Assembly (NCBI GenBank): GCA_036172245.1
Contig: JAYWIR010000012.1
Coordinates: 4,216,001-4,280,000 of the forward strand
Reading direction: 5' to 3'
DNA length: 64,000 nt
Source: Raillietiella orientalis
Lineage: Eukaryota
Made by a program: the position numbers and the translations under genes. Positions 24,191-34,915 of this stretch are shown piece after piece (positions within the stretch are counted from its first letter, which is position 1; each line of letters starts with the position of its first letter). The notes below the pieces were generated by a model, which did not search any database, was not told where the DNA came from, and saw only the letters and a list, made by a program, of their open reading frames with translations.

Positions 24191-26047
24191 GAGCACCCCG
24201 AGGGAAACTTTGCCTCCGCTTCTGGTGAGGCCGGCTGGCAGTGGCGTTCCCCGCCGCGAAACCGAGGGCGGCGGAAGGAGAAGGCGGGAGTTCTTTCAGG
24301 AAGGGTCTCCGTGACGATGGATGGGCGATGAGCGTACGTGGGAGGATCGCTTCCTCTCCCCTCCTCCTCCTCCACCCTTCGTTCATCTCCTCAGGAGCGT
24401 ATCCCTTCCTTTCCCCTCCACCTTCCCTATCCCCGCCTCCTTCCGAGCGCGCTGGCGAAGGACGCTGCACCAACCATCCAGTGGGGGAGGAGGTCCTGTC
24501 CCTGCCTCCCCGGCGTACTCCAGGGACGTTTCTCGTGGTCCGGATCCCGGGATACCTCGAGGAGGAGGAGTGACGTCACGATGTGCGTCTCGTGTAGAGG
24601 CGGGGACGGGTCTCTGCGCGCACACCGTGGAATCCGAGAGGGAGCGGGGACGGCGGTCCAGAGATGTTCCGCCCCTCATCATCGAAGCGAAGGGGTCTGC
24701 CCCAGATTCAGTGGAAAGAAGGGCGCCCCTCCCGAGGCTCCTGGGAGGAAGGGGAGACGTACGAGAGAGAGAAGGGCCGGGGGCCCCTGCGAGCGACCGG
24801 AGGCGGGGGTGGACGAGGGGACCGATCCGGAAGGGCTATCGACGGGGCCGGCCCGGGACCGCGAGTCACGGGCGACTCGCCGCTACGTGTCGAAGAAACG
24901 GCCCGGACGAGGGGTGGCCGCCGACTGCGAGATTTGCTGCCCGATGCCAGCGGGAGGGCCCGGGGACCGGCGCTCTCTGCGAAAGGGTAAGAGCTGACCG
25001 CTCTCCTGTGGCGCCTCCACCGTGCCGGAAACCTCCTCCATGGATCGCCTCCCTTCCAAGGAAGCATCCGCGGTGCCCCACGCCCAGGGATCGCCCCTCC
25101 GCGTGCGAGACGACGCGTCGACCCCATCCTATCCTCCCCTCTCCCGTTCCCCTCGAGTCCCCCCGTCCCTCGCCCCTCCGGGGAGTCAGCGTCCGCGGCT
25201 CCGTCGGTTCCCGGACCTGACTTCAGAAGGGAGGGGAAACCACCGCCGCCGTTGCCCGGAGCAACGAAGGCCGGAACGCAAGCGGCTGCAGCCGTTTTCC
25301 GGAAAGCGCGAGCGCAGGATGCTGGGGTGGAGGGCGGGTCAGACCCTCCCTCCTGCGCGCGCGTTCTCGCTGGTTGCCCTGGTAGCCTCCGGACGCGCCC
25401 GACCATGGGCTTCTGGATGCTTCGGGCGCCGCCGACCCTCAGGGATGCGAAGGGCTCGCATGTGCAAGGAGGAGCCTCGGCTGACTCAGGAAGGGGGGGG
25501 GGGGACAGGCTGTTCCATCTCCTCTTTCCTCCCGCGGGATCCTTCTCGAAGTGCGGACGATTCCGCGAGCTCCCCCCCTTCCCAGACGGAGACGAGGAAG
25601 GCTGAGGGTTGGACCCGGTAGTCAAGGAAACAGTTCCGCACGCTGCGAACAGGCGATGGGGCCATCGGGTCTTCCTCGCTGCATCCATCGAGAGAGCCTC
25701 GCAAACGGGCGACGGTCGTTCTTCCATCCCACGCTCTTCAGAGTACCCCACCACGTCTCCATGGCTACGCAGGAATCCGGATAAGCAGCCCCGCCTCCCC
25801 TCTTCCACCCGCCCCACCCGGAGTTCGAGCGCATCTCCCGCCGCTCGCGAAGGGAGGATGCAGGGAGAGGAATCTGGAGGCTAAAGTCTCCCACGGCAAC
25901 CGAACAGGGAGCGAAAATTCGGTCGCGACTTGGCGTGCTGCACAGCAACGAGAATCCATCCTCCTCCTCCTCCTCCCTCCCTCCTTCCCCTGCTGCTCCT
26001 TCGGCAGCGGCAGCGACGAAGAGCGGGAGGGCGTCTTCGGTTACGCG

Positions 26048-26178
26048 GTCACGTGACTTCCGCAGAAACCCTCTGCTCCCCCTTCCCCGAAAATCGATAT
26101 GCTGTCCAGATGGCCCCCGGGACGGGAGAGGCTTCTGCGCCTCCGACAGGCTCCCGCGGCGGAAAGTGCACCTCAGTC
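26048..26178 (+). promoter_or_regulatory. Putative annexin core promoter: palindromic E-box GTCACGTGAC, DRE-like AATCGATA, initiator TCAGTC
   Basis: gtcacgtgac at 26048-26057, aatcgata at 26092-26099, tcagtc at 26173-26178; the ATG at 26217 is ~40 nt downstream of the initiator. Confidence 0.5.
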
Positions 26179-26216
26179 TCCACACAGCCGCGACACCCTC
26201 AGGAAGCGCCTTCGTC

Positions 26217-29200
26217 ATGGACCACGGAAGAAGATCCAGGAGCGCCGCGCCTCTCTGCCTACTGCCGCCGCCAGCCCTCGCCCTTCTGGCGGCGCTCCTC
26301 GCTGCCGCCCTGCACGGCGCTTCTGCCGCCCGTAACGTCAGCAGCCTCGCCAACGACGCTGCCAAGGTAACGTGGAGGCGCCGGCGTCAGCGTCCGTCCG
26401 CGCCTCCCGCACGGCGCAGGGGGGCTTGCTGTACTCGCAGGGAGGGAATGGGGTGCGCCACGTCCGCCGGGAGCGTCTGGCCCTCTGGTTCCTCATCCTT
26501 CCTGTTCCCCTCATCCCTCCCACCCCCTCTTCCCCGTCGCCCCAACCAGTGTGGGTGCACGCGGCCGCGGGATTGGCGGGGAAGCCGAGCTGCTGCGGCC
26601 GCTCCTCCAAGCAGGATACGCGTCATGGGGAGGGAAGGAGGGAGTGCAGAAGGATGGACGGACGCGCCCTCCTGACACGTTCGTCCCGGCCTGAGAGAAC
26701 TGAAGCGGAAAGTACTGGAGCCGACCCACGAGTTCCTACGGCAACGGGAGGCGGACGCCTTTAGAAGTCGGAGGACCCCTGCGGCCCCTCTCCCAGCCCT
26801 CTCCTTTTCCACCCAAAAGACGGGAGGGAACAACAACAGAACGAGCAACTCACCCTTCCCCACCGCAGGACGTGCAGGAAGGAGGAGGCAAGGGTCCGGC
26901 GGCGGTCTCCTGAGCCCGCGGGCTCCCAATCCCTTCCGGCCGAACAAGCAAGGACAGCGCGTGCCTTCCCCTCCCATGGATCTTTCCCGAGTGGCACGAG
27001 GCCCTTTTCTGGCGGCGGCCCAGAGGTCCCCGAGTGCACGCAGGACCTCAGCGGATCAGGAGAAGGTGGCCGAAACAGCCGTGGCAACGCGAGTGAACGG
27101 CCTCCGCTGAGGATTCTCCTGTCCCTCCTCTTTCCTTCCTCCTCCTCCTCGTTTCTTCCACTGCGGCGGCGTGGAAGGGCCGCAACGCGCACCTGAAAGA
27201 AGGAAGCAGGGGCAACGGCACCCCTTTCTCCTCGTAGGCGTCAACGACCCGGAAGGTCGAGTTCGACCCTGGAGTTGCGGCCGACCAGCTGTACTACGCC
27301 ATGAAGGGTTGGGGAACCAACGAGGAGGTCATCGTCGCCGTGACCACGGCTCACACGCTGACCCAGAGGCTGCAGATCGCCGCCACGTACCAAGCGAGCT
27401 ACGGAAGGGTGAGTATCTGCTTCTCGGGAACTTCCGGGGGGACGGGACGGAAGGGGGCGCCGCGGCTACGAGCGACGATGTCCTTCCTCCCTTCCCCTCC
27501 CGGGAGGCGCTCGAGTTCCCGGATCTCCTCCCCCCTTTCAGAGTCTCGTGGAGCACCTCAAGTCGGAGACCAGCGGCAACCTGCAGTCCCTCCTGAAGAG
27601 CGTGTACATCCCGTACAACGAGTTCCTAGCGAGGTGTCTGCATAACGCCGTCAAGGTGAGCTCATTCTCCTCCGGGGCATCCACCTCACCCCGCTTTTCC
27701 TTCCTCCCAGGGGTTCGGGACTGACGAGAGAGCCATCATCGAGGTCTTGGTTGGGCGCACCAACTTTGAGATCAACGCCATCAAGGCCACCTACAAGGAA
27801 AGTGAGTAGAGGGGGTGAGGGGCAGACACCCCCTCACGCGCCAAACGTCCTCATTTTTGCAGAGTACGGCGTCGAACTGGAGAAGGACCTGAAGAGCGAT
27901 CTCAGCGGCAACTTCAAGCGGCTGGTGCGCGCCGTGCTGGCCGGCAGCAGGAACGAGCTGGGAGCGCCCACCGCGCACCAGACGGAGGCTGATGTCAGGG
28001 TGGGTCCGAGGCGAGAGGGAGCATAGGGGAGAAAAGGGGGACAGGACAGTGGCAGCAGAGAAAATTCAGTCGTCCCCCTCCGTCTCTTTCGTGCCCTCTT
28101 GTCCCCTGCGCTTCCTTCCTTCCCCTCCACACACACTCCTTCCTACCCCTTTGGATACTTCGGAGACGTCGGCGACCGCGTACTGGAGAAGGGGGGAAGA
28201 GGGTAGGGTAAGGGAAAATATCCTTTGGAAGCCACCCCTCCCCCGGTGTGGGGACCCTCGCTGCCGCCTCGGTATGCTTCCCTCCTTCCCTCCCTCGCAC
28301 GTGGAGGACGAAGAGAGAAGGGGAAGGTCTTTTCCTCCCCTCACCGACCAACCTTTTTCGTGAGGACGCTATTGGCTGTCGGAGGGGGGAGGGTGAACCG
28401 CTTGGGTTAAACTTCCTCCTCCCTTCCTCTTTCTTTCGTCTTCCTCCCTCCCTCCTCCTCGAAGAGGCCCTCTCCTCGACCCCATCTCCACGGAAACGAG
28501 TTCACTTAGGCAAGCGAGGGAGAAGGGAAGGAAGCTGACGCCAATCGAGCGTTGGGGGGGGGGGGGGGGAGTCGAACTCCCCGAACGGGTCCGTCTTCCT
28601 CAGTCCGGCTCCCGGGGAACCGGACGTGCCCCGCATCCTAGAGATGGGTGGGGTTCTAGAAAAGGCGAGTCTGGAAGGTCCTCTTGCTGCGGAACGCCAG
28701 CATCCCGCTCTGAGTCCGGCTCCTGCAGGGGTCGCCACGGTCCCTGAGCTGCATCCTAGGCCAGCAGAGTGCCTCGCGGGAGGGTAAAGGAAGGGAAGAA
28801 GGGTGGGGAGCGGTGGACTTGCTGTCGGGACGGCCTGAGCGCTGCTGCCTGCGTCCACTCCGGCCCGGGAGGGTCGCTGAGCGCCCCGGTCCCGGGGTTC
28901 TCAGAGACCGCGGTGGAAGGGACGCCAGATGGCACTCGCGAGGGCCCGCCAGACTTCTCGCGCGTTTTCGAGATGCAGCTCTCCCCCTCTCTTCCCCTTG
29001 GGAACCTCCGGGAGTACCTCATGGCCGCTCCCTGATCCGGTCTTCCCCTCAGGGTGTGGAGCGGGCTGCCGCCGCCTCTTCCGTCGAGAGCGCCGTCGAT
29101 ACCACCACTCCATGCTGAGGAAGGGCTCCCTCAGCCGCGCCCCCTGTGGTTTAGGGCGCACCGTCCTCAGTGGGCGGCACGTGAACCTGACGCCCCCCTC

Positions 29201-32137
29201 CGAAAAGTCGTAGAGGGCAACCCGAACTTGATCTACCGCACCGCGTTCTCCATGGCGACCGCGGGTTTGCGGCAGGAGACTTTGCCCCCCCCCCCACCCT
29301 TTCCTCCCGTCCTACTCACCCCGGGATCCGGGAGCCGTACCCTGGAAAGCAGGGTCGCGACTCCTCCGGCGAACAGAGAGGATGTGGCGAGGTCTCCCGT
29401 GGCAATGGCTCAGGGCTAGAAAAGCCGACACGGCACAGCAGCAACCAAATCTCCCCCTAATGCGAGGAGACGCGATGCTGCTGCTTTCCCTCCCCCCTTT
29501 CCCTGCCCCCAGAGGAGGGATGGGTGGAGGCGGATCGCCTCTTCGCCGGGGGGTCACGCGGGTGCCGTGGTGGAAGGCGCTCTCTGTGGGCTGGGAGCAG
29601 TCCTTCCCGGGTATGCAGGGGGAGAGGGAGGAGGAGGAAGATGGCACCGCCCCAACCCCTTCGTGACCTCGCGTGTGCACCCTGACCGCATTTCCGTTGC
29701 AGGACCTGCTGTCGGCAGGGGTCGGCCAATTCGGCACGGACGAGTCCATCTTCTTCAAGGTCCTCAACACGAGGAGCTACCCGCAGCTAAGGGCCCTCTT
29801 TGACCTCTACGACCGGACCAGCGAGAAGGACATTGAGAAGACGATCAAGTCGGAGTTCAGCGGGAACCTCCAAGAAGGACTTCTGGCCATAGGTGACCAC
29901 CAACCACTTGCCCCTGTTTTCGGCGAGACGACGCCTCTCTTCCCCCAGTGAGGATCTGCCGGGACCCAGCCCAGTTCTACGCGAAGGAGATGCACAAGGC
30001 GATGGAGGGATTGGGGACGGACGACCAGGCTCTGATTCGGATCGTCGTTTCCAGGCAACCGGTGAGAACCGGCTGCTCCGCAGCACCCGTCCTCTCAGCT
30101 CTGGCTGCGGCGGCAGGAGCAGGCAGGGGGAGGGAAGGGTCGCGCGATCCGGGACGGCTCTTCGACCGCCGCTCCCGCCGAAAAGAGGCGGGCATGAGGA
30201 AGCGCTCGGTGCGAGATGGCTGGCAGGAGGGCAGGAGGGGTGCTGCTGCGAGCAGGGGCAAGAGATGGGGAGGAGGTGCACCGGGAGCGAAGGGCGAGAG
30301 CCTGTCCCACTTCTCCGAAAGCCAGGAAGTAGTAGCCCCCGCACCCGCGCTTCCTGAACCCACGGAGTATCCGACCGGACGGGAAGAGCATCATCGCGAG
30401 TGCACGGGATGCAGGCAAAAGAGCAACTTCGTTGGGAAAGCGGAAAACCCACCGCTGCTCGCACGGAGCCCCCCCCCCCCCGGATGCGTCTCCAGCTTTA
30501 ACGCTGGAAGCCGAACCACCGGCGAGCCCCGCGCGCGCTTCGGGAACCGAAGACAAGAGAGGAAGGAAACTCGAGGAGGCCTCTGGGACCGTAGAGCCTG
30601 AGGGTGCTGCAGCAGCCAGCCCTCCTGACCGCCTTCTCCTTGTGGTTGGTGACGCGAGCGTCGGCGCCGCGACCATCCCGAGCCGATCCCATTCCTCTCC
30701 CCCGCCCGAACGTTCGTGACGTCGACGAAGAGACTCCGTCGAGGCGAGCGGCCGAGCCAAAGGAGCGAGGAATTCCCGGTCGTCGAAAACGTTTGGCCAG
30801 TTCCCCGGGGGAGGGCTGGCGTCGAAGGACGACCATCGCGGCGAGGGTACGTCCGCTCGGTCACGCGACGGGAAAACCGCGTCGCGGCGCATCCCGTTGC
30901 AGAGAAAAAAAAAAAAGCGACGAGGTCGCGGTTTCCGCTGCCCTCCTTCCAAAGCTCTCGGGGCGCGCGGCCAGCAGAACCGCAGCCATTCGTACGACCA
31001 TCAGCATCACTTGCGCCCATCTCACGGTGCGCAGCGCGCGCGTACTTTTGTTTTGCGTTTTTTTTTTTCCCCTCCGCCGTCGTTTGGTGCCGCGTCGGTG
31101 TTGCCGCGACGGCGTTTCGAAAGTGGCAACACTGCAACGGCCAGCGAAGAAAAAAATGAGAAACGCCTCTTAGGTATTATCGACTAATGAGTCTGTGTTC
31201 ATGATAGTTGGGATGACTTATAATTACGATGGTGTCCGTTATTTGGTCCTGAGATTAATAGATTGGAGAGCGCTGAAGACTTTGGGTGCGGTTCCCACCT
31301 AAGAGCAGTTGACGGTTTTCTCAGTTATTACGCTGGAGATCCAAGCATACGTTCTATAAATTGTGATTAGGCGACACTCCATAATTAGCAGCGTGGACGC
31401 TTCTGAAGTGTAAGATTCCAAACAATTTTTACCAAAGAGGTCATTTCCTTTTCACGAGATCCACTTCGTTTCCCAGTTGCGTAAACATCGTGAGGAGGAT
31501 TCTCACCATGATGGGTGTACTTTCTGCGGTGAGGTATATCCCGGTGGCTGTTGTTCGAACGTACGTAGGAAGTGCGTGGTCGTGATGGTCTGAAGCTCAT
31601 ATGCGAGCTGCCCCTAACCGCAAAAAAGGGAAAAGTGAATTGGAACAGATCTGCCGCACTGCTTCTCGGTAAGTTGGTCAGTTGTGCTTGTCGTGCAGCC
31701 GGGAATCCCTGGAGCATCATCTGCAGCCGACTTCAGAGAGTTCGTGCGCTGCCGCGAACGTTATGGCAGATTGAGAAAACTTTAGGCGTTTGCCGCGCCG
31801 GTCGTGGATGAATTCCGCTGGATTTTCCCGACCTTCTTGTGTACTGTAAACGTGTGCCCCGGCTGGAACGATTCTCTCTGGGTTTTTTTTTTTTTTTTGT
31901 TGTTGTTCCGCCTTTCAGTTTTAACCGTCCGCTGGTCCGCCAGCGCTGTTTTTGCGCAAGAAAATGCCAATTGCAAAATTCTCTCCATTTCAGGATGTCG
32001 TTGGTCCCTTTCAAACCAATATAAGAGACATCAGGCGCGCATACGAAAGCAAGTACCACATTTCTCTGGCAGATGCAGTGTACAGCGAAACCAGTGGCAA
32101 TTACCGCACGCTCCTATTGGCTCTCATAAATAAATGA
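26217..32137 (+). CDS. Annexin (four repeats) with N-terminal signal peptide-like exon, 8 exons, 369 aa
   Basis: Exons 26217-26366, 27238-27408, 27542-27655, 27711-27801, 27863-27999, 29703-29892, 29949-30061, 31994-32137; all GT-AG and in phase. Repeats: MKGWGTNE..KSETSG, VKGFGTDE..KSDLSG, GVGQFGTDE..KSEFSG, MEGLGTDD..YSETSGNYRTLLLAL. Exon 1 is less certain than exons 2-8. Confidence 0.93.
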
Positions 32138-33890
32138 AAAGCCGGCTGTTCCACCGTGTTGGACTGTCATGCTTTCGTATTTTGAATAAAGCAGTTCCCG
32201 AATTCGGGAGAGTTGCCTGTAGGAATAAAAAAAAAAAAAAAAACACGCGCACGCACGCACACCTACTCTTTGCGTCTTCCACTTCCCAACTGCTAGCGAC
32301 GGGAAGGACAGGGAAACGGCGTCTGATCCGCCTCGGTTGCAGGACAGAAGTTCTTTCGCGATCGTACAAAGCATTTCGGCGAAAAGTGGACACCCCTGTC
32401 GTCCTTTGAAAGCGGCCACACGGAATCGTTCCCCTGACCACCGTCGCTGCCGCCCTCGGGAACACCTAAGGAAGGTCCTTTTCGACTTAGCAACGAGCCC
32501 AAAGCAACCCTTTCTGCGAGCGCGTGCTGTTCGGAGGAGCAGATCGATTTCAGAGCGACGTGCACGGAAGACCCACTTCCCGCAACGTGAGGTGTTGGAC
32601 ACCAGCTTTCCTTTGCTCTGCATTCAGGAACAGCTCTTGGTTTTCAGAATCGGCTTCGTGATCCTTCGGTGGATGCCGCTTGTCGATGTGTTTGAGGTGT
32701 TCCCATCGATGCACCTCTTCGAGTGTGGCAACGGACTACTGCTAGCATCGCGGGAGCATTGCTTGGATTCCACGAACCCCCGTCTTCTGCCTAGAGCAGC
32801 ATGATTAAGGGATTATCATGCTAAAGCTCTCCAGTGCTCTTTCTGGAGACAAAGCATGCCTTTAATTTCAGGAACCATTGTGGATCCATTATGGTAATTG
32901 CTCACTGATCCATCCACGTCTTCCCAGATTGTCGAAATCAAAAGAGGTGATCTCATAGATCAGGCACGAAAATGACAGTTAAACATTAACGACAATATTG
33001 CATACCAAAGACTGAAAGGGAAGGAGCATCACCGATTCCTTGTGGAATAGTTCATCTGCCATTGGGAATCGAATAGAACAAGGGAAAGCTCAGTCATCAA
33101 ATGACTTTTGTAACAAGACGTCCAGTCGTTCCTGCAGCCCTTCTTTATGCATTTCTTCAGCAGGCTTGTGCTTTTTTCCTTTTTTCCTTTGCTGCTTTCC
33201 GTTCCAAACGAAGATGCTGATGAAAAAACGAGTGGTGCACGCGATAGTCTTATGTCTCATGACGAATCCCGAGTACCTGCAACCGAGTTTTATTTCAGGA
33301 ATTCAAGCTACGTTCCCATGACAAAAGGAAAAAGGAAAGACCAGTTCATTCGCAAAGATAATGCTAAAAAAGTTTCGTTGCAGAGCATAAAGATCTTCAA
33401 GCTACCGACAGGTATAATGCAAAGATTGATAACGTAGAAAAAGATGTTTTGCTCGACAGAGGAAACGTTCCGTCATGACCTCATCATCTGCGTACAAAGT
33501 GAAATACACACAAAAAAAAAAACAAATTTCAGGTTAACACCGTTTCAATTAATTCCAATTAATTAACACTGACGAAACGGCAGCTTCGTTCCACATAATA
33601 ACCTTCCGGAAAGAAAGACAACGTCGAGTGAGGATGGGCTTTTCACTTTAGAAGAGCACGCGGAAGTCGAGGCACTTCTTTCCGCCACCCGCGTCGCACG
33701 ACGGAACGCTTGGCGTCTGCTCCCGTGCCCCCCTGCTACGTGTCAGACCTCCAGCGTCCTCCACGGAAGGGAACTGCGCTCACCCCGGCGCCTCGGCGCC
33801 GGCTCACTCGCAAAACGCCCACACCCTTTCCTCCCGATCGCCGACGCCGGCGGCAGAAAGGCGCCGGGAGGAGGAGGAAGTGGCGGCGGC

Positions 33891-34196
33891 GGCGGCGGCG
33901 GTGGCTCCGTCCGGATGCGCGCGCCACCGCTCGCCGCCTCCGGGACCGGTCGGTCGCCTCCGCGGGCGAGCCGCTTCGGCGCGCGCGGCACGACCCCCCC
34001 GCGCCGCCCGTAGCAACCGGCGACGCCTTCCACGGCGTTCGCTGAGCGTCGCGTCGGGCGCTCGCCGACCCCTCCCGCCCGAACGCGCCCCTCGGCGGCG
34101 GCGCCCTCCGGAAGTGGGAGAACGGGTCGAGGTCGATCGACCCCAAGGCTTCTCCTGGCAACCCTTAGCCTGATGAGACTCCTCCCGCTTCGACGG
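33891..34196 (+). repeat. GC-rich dispersed repeat, copy B (direct repeat of 23873-24190)
   Basis: Aligns with copy A in the same orientation, ~10.0 kb downstream; differs mainly by transitions and one short indel. Confidence 0.9.
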
Positions 34197-34249
34197 ACCA
34201 ACCACAGCCACTGGGTGGTCCTCTTTGTCCTTCCAAAAGCAAAGCAGTC

Positions 34250-34915
34250 CCCTCACGATCAGTTTGCAGGTGGTCCTCCTCCAATTCTCCCTGGCTTAGT
34301 CCTGGTCGGGAATAGGTCCCTCGGGAGAGCTAGAAATGGATGACCCAAAGGCCGAAAATGAGGAGACGCGACTGCGAACAGTTCGCCACGAGTGGCAGCT
34401 GCCACAGAACGCGACCGTATCGCTGCATCACGAAAATGCAGCACACGCGAGCTCTGGAAGCATCGAGCGACCAAAGCGTAGCGTCTGATCATCAGAGCCC
34501 ACATCCGCGCGGAAATGAAGAGGGACATTAACGAAGACAACGCACTGGACAACCGCTGTGGTATACGCAACCTGAACCTGCCAGCGGTAATAGAGTATTC
34601 AGGATACTCAGATGACCTCAGGATAACCTCGGAGGTATCCTGAGTGGTTCCCGAATCGGACAGGAAGCAGCCAAGACGATCTCTGCCGTGGAGAGAGGGA
34701 AATTCCCCAGTTCCATGTGTTCACCTCTCCGACGACGCTGCGCCAGGGTTGGTCAACGCTGAAGGAAAGACGACGATGGGGATCTTGGCGGGAACGTTTC
34801 CCCGATACAATCCCATGGTCCGGGCCACCATCTCCCTCTTCCTCACGAGAGTCGTGATAAGAAGGGCGGGGTTGCGGAATACCAACGTTCAAGTGCCTGC
34901 TATCAGCATTTTAAA
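34250..34915 (-). mobile_element. Decayed RTE-like LINE APE fragment
   Basis: The minus strand starts with an IAGT*NV-like stretch (compare IGTWNV, needs a frameshift), followed by IPIVVFPSALTNPG and FRLRIP...SLFISA (compare DIAALSETR and RLMxLR...IISAYAP). Degenerate. Confidence 0.35.

Noticed and set aside
22000..26200. Many 170-370 aa ORFs rich in R/P/G/A (also at 43000-45700, 52700-55500, 62600-64000)
   Set aside because: Expected from stop-codon scarcity at high GC; they overlap in several frames and partly lie on LINE relics.
30053..30060. Possible GC donor (TCCAG|gcaacc) in annexin exon 7
   Set aside because: The canonical gtgaga donor at 30062 is in phase with the strong acceptor at 31993; no matching phase-2 exon restoring SEIDL was found.
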